Origin: a virus
Length of the DNA stretch: 64,000 nt
Virus record (IMG/VR): IMGVR_UViG_3300021560_000014
Location: 41,937 to 105,936 of that record
Reading direction: 5' to 3' (one strand)
Under the pieces are notes generated by a model. That model had not been told where the DNA came from and did no database searches. It saw only the letters and a program-made list of their open reading frames with translations. Of the stretch, positions 30,946 through 40,817 are shown one piece after another (the stretch's first letter is position 1; each line of letters starts with the position of its first letter). Made by a program: the position numbers and the translations under genes.

Positions 30946-31221
30946 CTTGCTGGCCTTCTTCGCGGCCTTCCCGCCGATCTGCCGAAAGCTGTAGCCGGGC
31001 TTAATGATCAGGTTGAGGAACTGGCCCAGGCTGCTGGCGGCCTCGAATTCCCGATAAACCTTGGCGGGTACGCCGTCATAGGCGTAGAGCCGCCCGCCGT
31101 GGAATTCGACAAAAAGCGTCTCACTCGCCGGGTTGTAACCGACCCGGTTGATGTTGGAGCTGGTGACTGCCTTGAGGTGCCTCTCGGCGATCTCGTTTTC
31201 GTTGGCGACTGGCTTTTTCAT
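30943..31221 (-). CDS. KTSC domain protein
   Basis: VTSSNINRVGYNPASETLFVEFHGGRLYAYDGVP..VY..F..ASSLGQFLN..IK. Confidence 0.9.
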   Translation of the reverse strand: MKKPVANENEIAERHLKAVTSSNINRVGYNPASETLFVEFHGGRLYAYDGVPAKVYREFEAASSLGQFLNLIIKPGYSFRQIGGKAAKKASK

Positions 31222-31228
31222 ATGACCT

Positions 31229-31257
31229 ATTTTGCCAGCTGTTGGCAAAATTGTCAA
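31229..31257 (-). promoter_or_regulatory. Sigma70 promoter with GCCAGCTG element
   Basis: TTGACA-17-CAAAAT; TTTGCCAGCTG overlaps the spacer and -10. Confidence 0.65.
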
Positions 31258-31280
31258 GCAGCTAATTCAGCTGGTGGAAA

Positions 31281-31504
31281 ATAATCGCGCTCTCCAGATG
31301 GGTTTCGCCCCCACAATGGCTCGCGCGCCACGGATGGGTCTCGCTTTACTGTTGGCTCGCGCTCGGGCATTGGGTCTCGTGCTGAGAGTGGCTCGCGCAT
31401 CAAGCATGGGCTCCGCTTGTAAGCTGGCTCGCGCTAACTCCTCGGGCTTCGTGCGTATTATGGCTCGCGCACTTCATACGGGCTTCGCGACGAAAATGGC
31501 TCAC
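31281..31504 (-). repeat. TIGR-like array 2 (6 units)
   Basis: Edge repeats at 31281, 31317, 31353, 31389, 31425, 31461, 31497: exact 36-nt period with unique spacers. Confidence 0.92.
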
Positions 31505-31752
31505 CTTCACTGCGGCCCCGTTTCCTGCCCACACCTAAGGGTGAGTGACGCAGGGGTTGTGGTACGCCGGGTGGTGGAACTGGGGCGACTCGAATGACCA
31601 GTCCCCGCACAGAAAGCAGACCCATACCGGGAAATCCCGGCGCAGGATCAGATGGCGGCCTGGCAGGTGGACCTCGGCCTGCTCCAGCCGCCACCAGTGG
31701 GGATCGGGCGGTGGCTTCTTCGTTCGATCACTGAAATTAACTTCGCTCGCCA

Positions 31753-31980
31753 TTACAGAATCTCGTAGCGTCCAGGGCTGACCCGGCGAAAGCGCGGCTG
31801 CCGCCCCTGGCGCACGGAGTCGCCGGTCTCCTCCGCGAAGCTCGACAGGACCGTGCTCAGGTAGTTGGGCGAGTAGTCATCCCCGTAGATCTCGCGCAGC
31901 TGGCGGAAGCTGACGACCTGTCCCTGGCCAAGGCCGTTGATCAGCCGGTCGAACAGCGACTTGTCATACTTTACAGCCAT
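31753..31980 (-). CDS. Small winged-helix-like protein
   Basis: MAVKYDKS...VSFRQLREIY...FRRVSPGRYEIL; AAGGAAGG RBS. Confidence 0.5.
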   Translation of the reverse strand: MAVKYDKSLFDRLINGLGQGQVVSFRQLREIYGDDYSPNYLSTVLSSFAEETGDSVRQGRQPRFRRVSPGRYEIL

Positions 31981-32310
31981 ACACCTTCCTTGCGGCCCCG
32001 TTTCCTGCCCACACCTAGAGCCGGTGGCCGTTGGTGATGTGGACACAGCCTGAAGTCTCCCTGGGCGGCCCCTCGCACTGAATGCAGTAGGGCAGCTGGA
32101 GGTGCAGCACCGCGCCAGAGCCCGCGCAGACCTGGGCGACCACGCTGTGGATGCTGATGGCCCCGTCGGTGTGCATGATCTGGGTGTGGCAGGCGTTGCA
32201 GTTGTAGACGGGGCCGTCCTCATCGAAGCCGTGGCTATGACAGCGCTGGCGGTAGTAATTCACAATCATCTCGATCAGCTGGTCGGCGTTGACCATCCGG
32301 GGTGCGTCCA

Positions 32311-32559
32311 TCATACCCTCCTGGGGTGCTGGCCACCCTTTCTGCCAATGGCGGCCATGTGCTCGGGGCCGTTATTGGTGACATTGGCCTTGCCCCCTCG
32401 ACGGCCCAATTCCTTCATATAGCGGCTGCCCATCTTCTCGGCGGTCCTCGGTTTCGGGGTGGGCAGGAAACGGGGCGTCGCGGGTGGTGTGTCCACGGGC
32501 TCGATCAGGCTGGCAAACATCTTGGGCCGGTCCTTCAGGCTTCGGCGGTGAACTTTCAT
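32311..32559 (-). CDS. KGG-repeat small protein
   Basis: MKELGRRGG and EHMAAIGRKGG repeats. Confidence 0.6.
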   Translation of the reverse strand: MKVHRRSLKDRPKMFASLIEPVDTPPATPRFLPTPKPRTAEKMGSRYMKELGRRGGKANVTNNGPEHMAAIGRKGGQHPRRV

Positions 32560-32562
32560 GCT

Positions 32563-34716
32563 CTATCCTTTCAATAGTTGTTGCAGCCGGGTGAACCGGG
32601 TTGTATTTCCCTTGCGCCTGATCATCTCGATGATTTCCTGGCGCTGCCCGACCAGCACGCAGAGTTTTCTGGCCCTGCTGATCGCGGTGTAAATCCAGGG
32701 CCGCTGGCAGACTCTGGGACCGCCCGAGACATGCACCGGCACGATCACGACTGGGGCCTCACTCCCCTGAAACTTGTGACAAGTGATGGCATAGGCCAGC
32801 TCCAGGTCATTGCCGTGAAGCGGCAGCTCGACCTCCCGGATGGGAGTCTCGAACCGCACATAAATCGACTTGCCGACGATGTCGAGTACCCGCCCGATGT
32901 CGCCGTTCATGACCCCGTGCTCGTAGTCGTTCCAGCACTGGATGACCTTGTCGCCCTGCTGGAAGACGCCCTGCTCGGGCTTGCCGATCAACGCCTCCTG
33001 CAATATCGGATTGAGTTTCTCGCAGCTGAGCGCGACCGACACCCGGCGCGGTACGATGATTTGAATGTCGTTGATCGGGTCCAGCGGCTTCAGCCGGTCG
33101 TACTCCGGGATGCGCTTGAGCAGGGTGACGACGGCGGAGGCGATGCTCTCCTCGTTGCTGCGCGGGATGAACATGAAATCCAGCTCGGGGTCCGGGTGGG
33201 GGATTTCAATCGGCTGGCCGTTCTTGATGCGGTGGCAATTGGTGATAATCAGTCCGGCGTCCTGGCGCTTGATTGAGTCTAACTCAGTTGTCGGCACGCC
33301 CGCTGAAATGAGGTCCTTCAGGATGTTGCCCGGCCCGACACTGGGTAGCTGGTGAACGTCGCCAATGAGTATCAACATCGTGCTGGGAGCGATAGCCTGG
33401 AGCATCCGGGCGAATAGCCAGTTGTCCAGCATTGAGGCTTCGTCGCAGATTATTACATCGGTAATAATCGGATTGTCGGCGTTGCGCCGGAAGTCCCAGT
33501 GGCCCTTGCCGGTCAGGTTGGGCGGCAGCGGCTCCAGCGCGCGGTGAATGGTCGAAGCCTCAACCCCGGTCTGCTCCTGCATGCGCTTGGCGGCCTTGCC
33601 GGTGGGCGCGACCAGCGTAATGTGCAGCCCCTGGGCGCGGTAGGACTGGATGATATGACTGGCCAGGAAGGTCTTCCCGGTCCCTGGCGGCCCAGTGATG
33701 ACATAAATCCGGGTCTGGCCGCGCGCCATGCTCTCAAGCGCCCCGGCCTGGTCCTCCTTCAGCGAGCCATAGAAGGGCTGCACCTTGGTGAAGGGCCGCT
33801 CCAGCATCAAGCGCACGCGGTTAGCGATATAGTGCTCGTCGGCGAGGGTTTCCTTGTAGTAGACATGGCCCTCCTCTTCGACAATTGGCGAGCGTTCAAG
33901 CCCGCTGACGAGCCCGTCGAGGACCGGGATGAGCTTGGACTGCTCGACCTTCAGCGTGGTTGCGGCCATCGCTGTGACGTACAGCCGGGTGAAGCAGACG
34001 TGGCCTTCCTGCGCCGTGCTCTGCTGAATGGTGTAGATAATCCCGGCCTTGAGCCGGAAGGGGTCGTCCAGCTTGATGCCGAGCTTGCGCGCGACGCTGT
34101 CGGCCATCTGAAAGCCGACCCCCTTGAAGAATTCGATCAGCGCGTAGGGGTTCTCGCGGATGAGCTTGGGGGCGTCGTCGCCCCAGTCGGAGGCCACGTG
34201 GCTCAGGATGGGCCGCGTGATGAGCGTCCCGGCGAAGATCGATTCGAGTTCGACCAGCAGCCGCTCGGCCTTCTGCTTGGCCTTCATCTCGATGGAGATT
34301 TCCATCGCCTTCTCGACCGAGATGCCGGGAATTTCGGCGGCGACGTTGACCGGATAGTTGCGCAGCATCTCAAGCGTGCGCTCGCCGAATTTGATCATCA
34401 GCATGTTCGAGCGCACGGGACCCAGCCAGCGAATGTTGTTGCGCAGATAGCGGCTGATGCCGTCGAGGTCGGTGGGATGAATCATCGCGAAGCTGGTGAC
34501 GGCGAACTGAAGGCCGTAGCGCGGATGCTCCTCCCAGCCGCCGCGCAACTCATAGGGCGTGTCCAGTGAGATGGTCCCGATGGTGCCCTTGACCGCGAAG
34601 CTGGTGTTGTCGTCCGTGTCCACGAGCCGCGCAATACCAATGGCGAACCCGTCGGGAGACCTGTACTTGATGCGCTCGATCACCGCCTTGATGGTTTCGG
34701 CCTTGCTCTCTTCCAC
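32563..34716 (-). CDS. recD2: RecD2/TraA-like SF1B helicase
   Basis: HPRYGLQF, ENPY...GVGFQMAD HhH region, TGPPGTGKT, APTGKAAKR, DEASM, GDVHQLPSVGPG, AYAITCHKFQGSE, YTAISRA. Confidence 0.93.
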   Translation of the reverse strand: MEESKAETIKAVIERIKYRSPDGFAIGIARLVDTDDNTSFAVKGTIGTISLDTPYELRGGWEEHPRYGLQFAVTSFAMIHPTDLDGISRYLRNNIRWLGPVRSNMLMIKFGERTLEMLRNYPVNVAAEIPGISVEKAMEISIEMKAKQKAERLLVELESIFAGTLITRPILSHVASDWGDDAPKLIRENPYALIEFFKGVGFQMADSVARKLGIKLDDPFRLKAGIIYTIQQSTAQEGHVCFTRLYVTAMAATTLKVEQSKLIPVLDGLVSGLERSPIVEEEGHVYYKETLADEHYIANRVRLMLERPFTKVQPFYGSLKEDQAGALESMARGQTRIYVITGPPGTGKTFLASHIIQSYRAQGLHITLVAPTGKAAKRMQEQTGVEASTIHRALEPLPPNLTGKGHWDFRRNADNPIITDVIICDEASMLDNWLFARMLQAIAPSTMLILIGDVHQLPSVGPGNILKDLISAGVPTTELDSIKRQDAGLIITNCHRIKNGQPIEIPHPDPELDFMFIPRSNEESIASAVVTLLKRIPEYDRLKPLDPINDIQIIVPRRVSVALSCEKLNPILQEALIGKPEQGVFQQGDKVIQCWNDYEHGVMNGDIGRVLDIVGKSIYVRFETPIREVELPLHGNDLELAYAITCHKFQGSEAPVVIVPVHVSGGPRVCQRPWIYTAISRARKLCVLVGQRQEIIEMIRRKGNTTRFTRLQQLLKG

Positions 34717-34856
34717 TTCCCTCTCCTTCAGCTGGCTTCGATGATACAGCTAGCAATCCTCACAGCCAATATGCAAATAATAGCTGGATGCGGGCCGAGA
34801 GGCAGGTAAACCGCTCCCGGTGTGGGCAGGAAACGGGGCCGTAAGTCACATTAACG

Positions 34857-35490
34857 GCGTAGCCCATTGGTTGAGCGCGAGCCAGATCGTAAGCGGAGCC
34901 CAGACGAAGCGCGTGTTCATGGGGTGGGCAGGAAACGGGGCCGCAACCGTGGTATCTGCGTAGCCCATTGGTTGAGCGTGAGCCGAAAAACAAGCTGGAC
35001 CCCAAGAGCGGGCGCGAGCCGGAGGACAAACCGAGGCCCGTTTGGTGCGCGTGAGCCGTCATGTTGGCGAGACCCGTACATGAGGCGCGAGCCATATAAG
35101 AGGCGAAGCCCAAAAGACGATGCGTGAGCCGTGAAAAGTGCGGGACCCTAAACTGAAGCGTGAGCCGTGGGATGGCCGAGGCCCATTGTAGAAGCGCGAG
35201 CCAACGGAGACGCGGAACCCGTCCGTAGCGCGCGAGCCATTCGTTAAGCGAAGCCCATTCATTACGCGCGAGCCGTGGAAGGTGCGGAGCCCAGCGTACT
35301 TGCGCGAGCCGTGGAAGGAGCGAGGCCCAACAGCAACAGCGCGAGCCAGCTACGTCGCGAAGCCCACAAGCTAAGCGCGAGCCGATAATCCTGCGAGCCC
35401 CGATGAAGGCGCGTGAGCCAGTAGCGTGGCGAAGCCCAAGCAAGACGCGTGAGCCGACCAATCAGCGAAAACCATTGCAGAGGCGCGGCT
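34857..35490 (+). repeat. TIGR-like array 3 (about 15 units, opposite orientation to the other seven)
   Basis: GCGYGAGCC edges at 34875, 34976, 35012, 35049, 35085, 35122, 35158, 35194, 35230, 35266, 35302, 35339, 35375, 35411, 35447 (period 36-37), alternating with GCGRRRCCC-type loops and 9-10-nt spacers. Confidence 0.95.
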
Positions 35491-35780
35491 TTTTGGCACA
35501 GCTCTTGCTCCTATTCTTTAGAATGCCCTCCGGGGCATTTTACCCTTGCACGCAAGGTCCCTCACCATCTCGCGAAATATATAGGGGCCTCCTCCTCTTG
35601 GCGGAATTCCTCAACAACCACGGGGAAGCAGGGGTGTCAGCGCTACTCGACGTGCAGGGGGCTGTGAATTTTCCTGTTGATTTACCTGCCTTTCCCTCTC
35701 TGTTGTTGTAGGCTCCCACTATTCTCATACAGATAGAGGTGCCCCTGTGTGGGCATAGATAAGATGGGAGGTCGTTGAGG

Positions 35781-36476
35781 ATGACTATCGTGGAGCAGCA
35801 GCTATGGCTCAAAGCCCGCAACATTATTACCCAGGCCCAGCGGCGGAGGGGCCACAACGTCAGCACTACTGTGCATCTGCTGGGATGCAGCCGGTCCACT
35901 CTCCAGAAGTGGCTGGAGGATTCCTGCAATCCGTTCGCCCCGAAGGGCAGCCGCCGTTATTGCAGGGCCATTGCTGATTATTGCGGCCTGACTCAGGAGC
36001 AGGCTCGCGCTGCATGGGAAGGCTGGCGGCAAGAGCGGGTAGCCATGAGGGCTGATCTGGACGAGCGCGTGATGAGTCACTACCCGGAGGCCGAGGAGCG
36101 GATCTCATTTGGCATCGACGCTATAAGCCTGGAGCGGACGAGGAAGTACAAGCCCGACCCTGAGAAGAACTTCGTGTACCGGCTGCTCGTCCTGAAGGAC
36201 GGCCTCAGCCCTCGTGGAATTGCTGACGAGCTGAATGGCATTGGCAGCCGGAACCCGGTCACGCCGAGTCAGGCATCCTATGTGACGCAGGGAATGGTGA
36301 GCAGCTGGTTTGCAGGCCGGAGCCTTCCCTGGCACCACGCTGGTGGGGCGGCCTTCAAAAGACTGGCTAAGTGGACAGGTCTTGAGGAGACGATGCTAAA
36401 GCAACACTGGGCGGATTGGCTCGACAGCCGGTTTGGGGGCTCCAATGAAGGGAAAGCTAAGGGCGCTCTCGCCTGA
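35781..36476 (+). CDS. HTH transcriptional regulator (two XRE-like modules)
   Basis: TVHLLGCSRSTLQKWLE and LSPRGIADEL...VTQGMVSSWFAGRSLP; GGGAGG RBS. Confidence 0.6.
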   Translation: MTIVEQQLWLKARNIITQAQRRRGHNVSTTVHLLGCSRSTLQKWLEDSCNPFAPKGSRRYCRAIADYCGLTQEQARAAWEGWRQERVAMRADLDERVMSHYPEAEERISFGIDAISLERTRKYKPDPEKNFVYRLLVLKDGLSPRGIADELNGIGSRNPVTPSQASYVTQGMVSSWFAGRSLPWHHAGGAAFKRLAKWTGLEETMLKQHWADWLDSRFGGSNEGKAKGALA

Positions 36477-36801
36477 ACAGGAAACGTGGCTGCTGAACAA
36501 CCCGTTGTGGAAGTGGCGGCGGCTTCGAGGGATCAGCCGGAACTCTCTGATCGAACTCCTTAAAGAGGACGCGACGAGACAGGGCAAGACCAGCCTGCGT
36601 CACCCGTACACTGCCGAGCTGATTAGGAGGTGGGAGCGCGGCTGGGACCGCCCCTGGCTCCACATCAGCGGCTGGAGTTTCGTCTTCCTTTGCCAGCGCA
36701 TCGGCGTCGAGGAGGATGACTGGGTCGCGGTCTGGAATCTGTGGTATGCAGCAGTACCGGAAGAAATAAAACCCCGGCTCTGGTGGAAGCCGTTTGATTG
36801 A
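36445..36801 (+). CDS. XRE-like HTH protein
   Basis: LWKWRRLRGISRNSLIELL...AELIRRWERGWDRP. Confidence 0.6.
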   Translation: MKGKLRALSPEQETWLLNNPLWKWRRLRGISRNSLIELLKEDATRQGKTSLRHPYTAELIRRWERGWDRPWLHISGWSFVFLCQRIGVEEDDWVAVWNLWYAAVPEEIKPRLWWKPFD

Positions 36802-37159
36802 CATTCACTCCGTGGCCACATAATCTCTAAGCTGTTTCACCCGGCCAGGGTTTGCCAGAGACGATGTGGCATGTGATGCCGGTGGTGGCCCGAAGCTACC
36901 CCCTTCCCTCCACCGGCCTCCAACCTCCCCAGTTGTAAAGCCCTCCTCCCCATGATAAGCACTTCGTAGGTGCTGATTGATGCGAAACAAAAGCAGCAAA
37001 TCTATCGCCTGTCGCTCTTAGGGCTCCCCCTTCACATAACTTCTCAGCGCGCGGGCGTTAGCTTGCCGCTGTTCCTCGGCCTCTACCGCTCGGGCATCTT
37101 CCATGCACGGCTTAAAGCCCTCCGCATGCAAGCTGCACGTGCAGAGGAGGCTAGGGCAC

Positions 37160-38473
37160 ATGCCTAGAACCTCAGCCCGTGTGAAGGACCTCCCGCCAGG
37201 GGTCCATCCGTTTCCCCCACAGGCCGCCCTGGTCCGACCGGGGCGGCGTCCCAAGCCTGCGGCCCCGTTTCCTGCCCACACCGATGAGCCCCGGCTCGAA
37301 ATTGTTGAGTGGCCGGTGGCGGACATCGTGGTTTATGATCGAAACCCCAGGATTAACGACGATGTGGTCGGGCAAATGGCCGACGCCATCCGACGGTATG
37401 GCTTCACGGTGCCGATGGTGGTGCAGGAACTGGGCAATGGCAAAGCGCAGATCGTTGATGGGCATCTCAGATTTAAGGCAGCCTGCCTCCTGAAGCGCCG
37501 CACAGTTCCGGTGGTGATAATCCCGCCGACGGCGACCGAGAAATATGTGCGTGGCCTGCGCATCTCGATCAACCGCATGGCCGAGGCCGCCGACTGGGAT
37601 GAAGCCCTGCTCGCCGAGGAACTGAAGCAGCTGGAGGCCGATGGCGCAGACGACCTCGCTGCTGCCAGCGGTTTCGACACCCGCGAGATTAACGCCCTGC
37701 TGGAGCTGGCAGATGATACGACAACGGACGACGATGCCCTGGACCGGAGGAAGGGCGAATACCCGGTCCCCGATCCCGACCAGGACTGGGAGGGTGTGGG
37801 CCAGTACGACCTCCCCGCGCTACGGGTTGACCGTCTGCTGGATTGCCCAGCCCCTAGCACTTGGGCTGGCACAGGAATCACAAACGGCCCCCCGCCGTAT
37901 GCCTATAACTTCGATGCGGACAGCTCGGATGGGCTCGATTGGAAGCAGGCCATTCTCTGTTTCCATTCCGCCGATCACAAGATCGACTGTTGGTGGGCGC
38001 AGCCCGACACGTATGTTGGGCGGTTCCTGGAACGTGGCACCACTCGCGCTGTAACTCCGAATTTCTCGGTCTTCGCCTTCTGGCCCTTTGCCCGGCGTCT
38101 GTTCAACACCTTCCGCTCGCGCTGGGTGGGCCGCTATATGCAGGAAGCCGGGATGATGGTCGTCCCCGATATCTGCGTCGCGCTGCAGGACCTCGACTGG
38201 GCGTTCGACGGTATTCCGGGCCGGTCACCCCTCAGCATCAATTTGTGCGGCAAGTACGGCAAATTCACCAAGAAGGAAATCCGCGACGAGACCCGCGTGA
38301 TCGAGGCCATTCTCGACTTCCACCCGGCCCGGCTGTGGGTCTACGCCGACAAGAAGAAGCTCCAGACCTTTCCAGTGCTCCGTAAAAAGCAGGCTTTTCC
38401 GGTTGAATTCATCGAGCCCCGGCTGGTAGTACGGAAGCAGCAACTGGAGGGGTTCCAGAATGGCAGAGGATGA
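37160..38473 (+). CDS. ParB/Srx N-terminal domain fused to a DUF4417-like domain
   Basis: RNPRIND...IRRYGFTVP..IVDGHLRFKAA...NRMAEAADWD; C-terminal FHSADHK...TPNFSVF...FRSRWVGRYMQEAG..VVP. Confidence 0.8.
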   Translation: MPRTSARVKDLPPGVHPFPPQAALVRPGRRPKPAAPFPAHTDEPRLEIVEWPVADIVVYDRNPRINDDVVGQMADAIRRYGFTVPMVVQELGNGKAQIVDGHLRFKAACLLKRRTVPVVIIPPTATEKYVRGLRISINRMAEAADWDEALLAEELKQLEADGADDLAAASGFDTREINALLELADDTTTDDDALDRRKGEYPVPDPDQDWEGVGQYDLPALRVDRLLDCPAPSTWAGTGITNGPPPYAYNFDADSSDGLDWKQAILCFHSADHKIDCWWAQPDTYVGRFLERGTTRAVTPNFSVFAFWPFARRLFNTFRSRWVGRYMQEAGMMVVPDICVALQDLDWAFDGIPGRSPLSINLCGKYGKFTKKEIRDETRVIEAILDFHPARLWVYADKKKLQTFPVLRKKQAFPVEFIEPRLVVRKQQLEGFQNGRG

Positions 38474-38571
38474 GGTTGAGGTGAGGAAGCCAGAGCCCGT
38501 GTACACGCGCAAGGAGCGGGTGATCGAGATACCTTCGTTGAGGTCCCGTTTCCTGCCCACACCAGAGCGAT

Positions 38572-38862
38572 ATGGCCAAGGCGACAAGCCAGGACAAATC
38601 GACCCGCCGCGCCGGTCGTAAGCGCGGAGGGCGGAAGGCCAAGCGTCCGACCAGGGCGCGGGCCGGTCGAGCGCGCCGGACAGGTGCGTCTCCGAGGCGT
38701 GGCCGTGTCCTCGGGCGCGGCAGCCGGACCCTGGGCCGCCTCCGTCGGCGCATTGGCACCGTGATCCGGGGCAAGAAGCGCAAGCTGCCGAAGAAGGCCA
38801 CCCGCACGGCTAAACCCAAGGCCGCCACCAAAGCCAAGCGCACCAGGAAGCCGCGCAAATGA
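38572..38862 (+). CDS. Highly basic Arg/Lys-rich protein (protamine/H1-like)
   Basis: 96 aa dominated by R/K/A/G, only one acidic residue. Confidence 0.6.
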   Translation: MAKATSQDKSTRRAGRKRGGRKAKRPTRARAGRARRTGASPRRGRVLGRGSRTLGRLRRRIGTVIRGKKRKLPKKATRTAKPKAATKAKRTRKPRK

Positions 38863-39563
38863 TGAAGGGTAAGCATCGGGTGCCCGGTGGCGCAGTAACC
38901 CGCCAGGACGTGGCCATGGCCCGTGAGCGCGAGGCCCGCGTCTGGACTCTCATCAGTCAGGGTAAGTCGGTGGCCTATATCGCCCAGGCGCTCGGCTACA
39001 AGGTCGCCTCGGTCTATGCCCTCATCCGACGGGTCGAGGCCCGGTACAACGAAATCACTATCGCCTCGGTCGCGGAAATGAAGGCTAGGCAGGTCCGCAT
39101 GCTCGAACAGGTGGCCGACCTCGCCCTGGCATCGTTCGAGGATTCCCGAAAACCGAACACCAAGGTCGTCCGCGAGACCGGCACCATGGCCGGGAAGGGC
39201 GGCGAGTCCGAGGTGGACCTGACGAAGAAGACTGTAGAGCGATCAATTGGCGATCATCGCTTCCTGGCCGAGGCCCGAGGTGCGCTCGCCGACATCCGGT
39301 CGATCTACGGCCTGGATGCGCCCAAGCCGCTGACCATCCCTGGGATGACCGACCTCCCCAACAGCTCCGGCAGCTACAAGGTCGAATGGTCGAACGAGCC
39401 GGTCGGCCCCAAGCCGGTCGAGCCCATCGACGACCGCTATCTGCCTCCAGATAGCCCTCCAGCGCCCGAGAATCGCGATATGAGCCCCGATTCGGAGTTG
39501 GGCGACCTGACGGACTGGCCAGACGAGCCAGGGGACGAATCTGACGGCGGCGAGGTGGAGTAG
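38859..39563 (+). CDS. Terminase small subunit-like HTH protein
   Basis: VWTL...GKSVAYIAQALGY HTH, GDHRFL..A...L..IRSIYGLDAP, acidic tail. Confidence 0.55.
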   Translation: MMKGKHRVPGGAVTRQDVAMAREREARVWTLISQGKSVAYIAQALGYKVASVYALIRRVEARYNEITIASVAEMKARQVRMLEQVADLALASFEDSRKPNTKVVRETGTMAGKGGESEVDLTKKTVERSIGDHRFLAEARGALADIRSIYGLDAPKPLTIPGMTDLPNSSGSYKVEWSNEPVGPKPVEPIDDRYLPPDSPPAPENRDMSPDSELGDLTDWPDEPGDESDGGEVE

Positions 39564-39856
39564 CCTTGTCCTGCTCCTGACCCTGCCTGGGTGCGTGACC
39601 ACGTACCGCGTGACGGTCATGCCACCGCTCTGCCCTGACAATTCCCTGGCTGACACCCTCCTGGTGGACCCTTGCCCCCATAATCCGCGCGCCTGCGGCC
39701 TGGAGCCCAAGCTCTATCTCTGTCACTGGCGTCAAGTAGAAATGCCAGCGCACAACTACGGCGTGCGCTGGCATTATGTCGATCAGCGTCCGGGTGATCC
39801 GATATACTGGGTGGGATACTGAGGGTGACAGAGCGGCAACTCCGTCACCCATCTGG

Positions 39857-40777
39857 TTAGACCTCGATTTGCGCGAGACCCTTGCGCGTGTCGAAGCGAA
39901 CGTCCTTGACCGGCCTGCCAAGGCGGTAGGAGTTCCAGCAATTCACGCAGCCTTGGTACACCTGCGCTGGCTTGATTTCCTGGAGCGGCTTGGGGCCGTT
40001 CCCTTCGAGGACTACAAGGAGCCATGCGTCCAGTGCTGTGCTGGGGTCGGTGAGGTCGTTCGGGTCATGGCCGTTGCGGGCTACGTCGAGCCAGAAGGCG
40101 CGGGCCTCGTGCTCGTTTGCGAGGAAGCAGCCGTACATCGCGGCAACGATTTCCGGGCGCTTCAGCTCTTTCGTCTTGACGCTGACGACCGTACCGAGCC
40201 ACTCGACGAACGGCTGGTATATTGCTTTCCAGTACATCTCATAAATGTCGTCGCCTTTTGGCACGGGTAAGCCATCGACCCGGTGCATATGCCAGACGAT
40301 CCCTTCAATTGCCAGCTTGGCCGTGGGCTTGGCGACCTTCCCTAAGGAGGGAATGACCCCCTGGTACGCGCCGGACACTTCCAGCGGGGATCGGGCGGAT
40401 GCCCGGTCGTCATGCTGCCGGAAGATGAGCGCCATGTCTTCGATGGCGTCGATTGCGTAGTGGGTGAGATAGACGACGGCGTCCTTTGGCCGGTTGCCGT
40501 CCATACGGCAAATCGCGTCGGACGAATTCGAGCCATTGACCCGCAGGTTTGTGCCGTCCGGCAGCGTGGCATAGGACCAGATGAATGGCACGGTGAGTCC
40601 TTTCTCGAATTTCTCCTTGAGGTACTTAACGCGCTTCTCCAGCCGCTCGCGTTCCCCGGCCCAGGGCTGCATGTCCCGGAAGAATTCGGGCAGCTCAACC
40701 TCTGGCTTGCCGTTGTCCGATAGCTTCTTGTCAAAGTCCGTCGCTATCGCTTCAAGAATCTTGTAGCTCATAGACAC
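39857..40777 (-). CDS. Hypothetical protein (possible divergent ParB-like N-terminus)
   Basis: 306-aa ORF; ERERLEKRV..L...LRVNGSNSS resembles a degenerate DGQH-type motif. Confidence 0.45.
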   Translation of the reverse strand: MSMSYKILEAIATDFDKKLSDNGKPEVELPEFFRDMQPWAGERERLEKRVKYLKEKFEKGLTVPFIWSYATLPDGTNLRVNGSNSSDAICRMDGNRPKDAVVYLTHYAIDAIEDMALIFRQHDDRASARSPLEVSGAYQGVIPSLGKVAKPTAKLAIEGIVWHMHRVDGLPVPKGDDIYEMYWKAIYQPFVEWLGTVVSVKTKELKRPEIVAAMYGCFLANEHEARAFWLDVARNGHDPNDLTDPSTALDAWLLVVLEGNGPKPLQEIKPAQVYQGCVNCWNSYRLGRPVKDVRFDTRKGLAQIEV

Positions 40778-40817
40778 TCCAGGTTAGGACCGATTTCAGC
40801 GCCGTCGGTCAGAACGG

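Noticed and set aside
1837-34569. Long antisense ORFs (1837-2970, 12232-13674, 13702-14676, 23494-24663, 29588-30856, 33499-34569; also 51656-52843)
   Set aside because: Shadow ORFs opposite well-supported genes in high-GC DNA, with no recognisable motifs.
34760-35461. ORFs with GSR/REP/LAR-type peptide repeats over the arrays (also 31232-31597, 44606-45092, 45365-45898, 46627-47205, 55009-55473)
   Set aside because: They are by-products of the 36-nt, largely stop-free periodicity. Units of 35, 37 and 44 nt break the frame, showing no coding constraint.
39541-39822. Possible small lipoprotein (..LVLLLTLPGC..) after the TerS-like gene
   Set aside because: It would need a non-canonical CTG start; not enough support to call.
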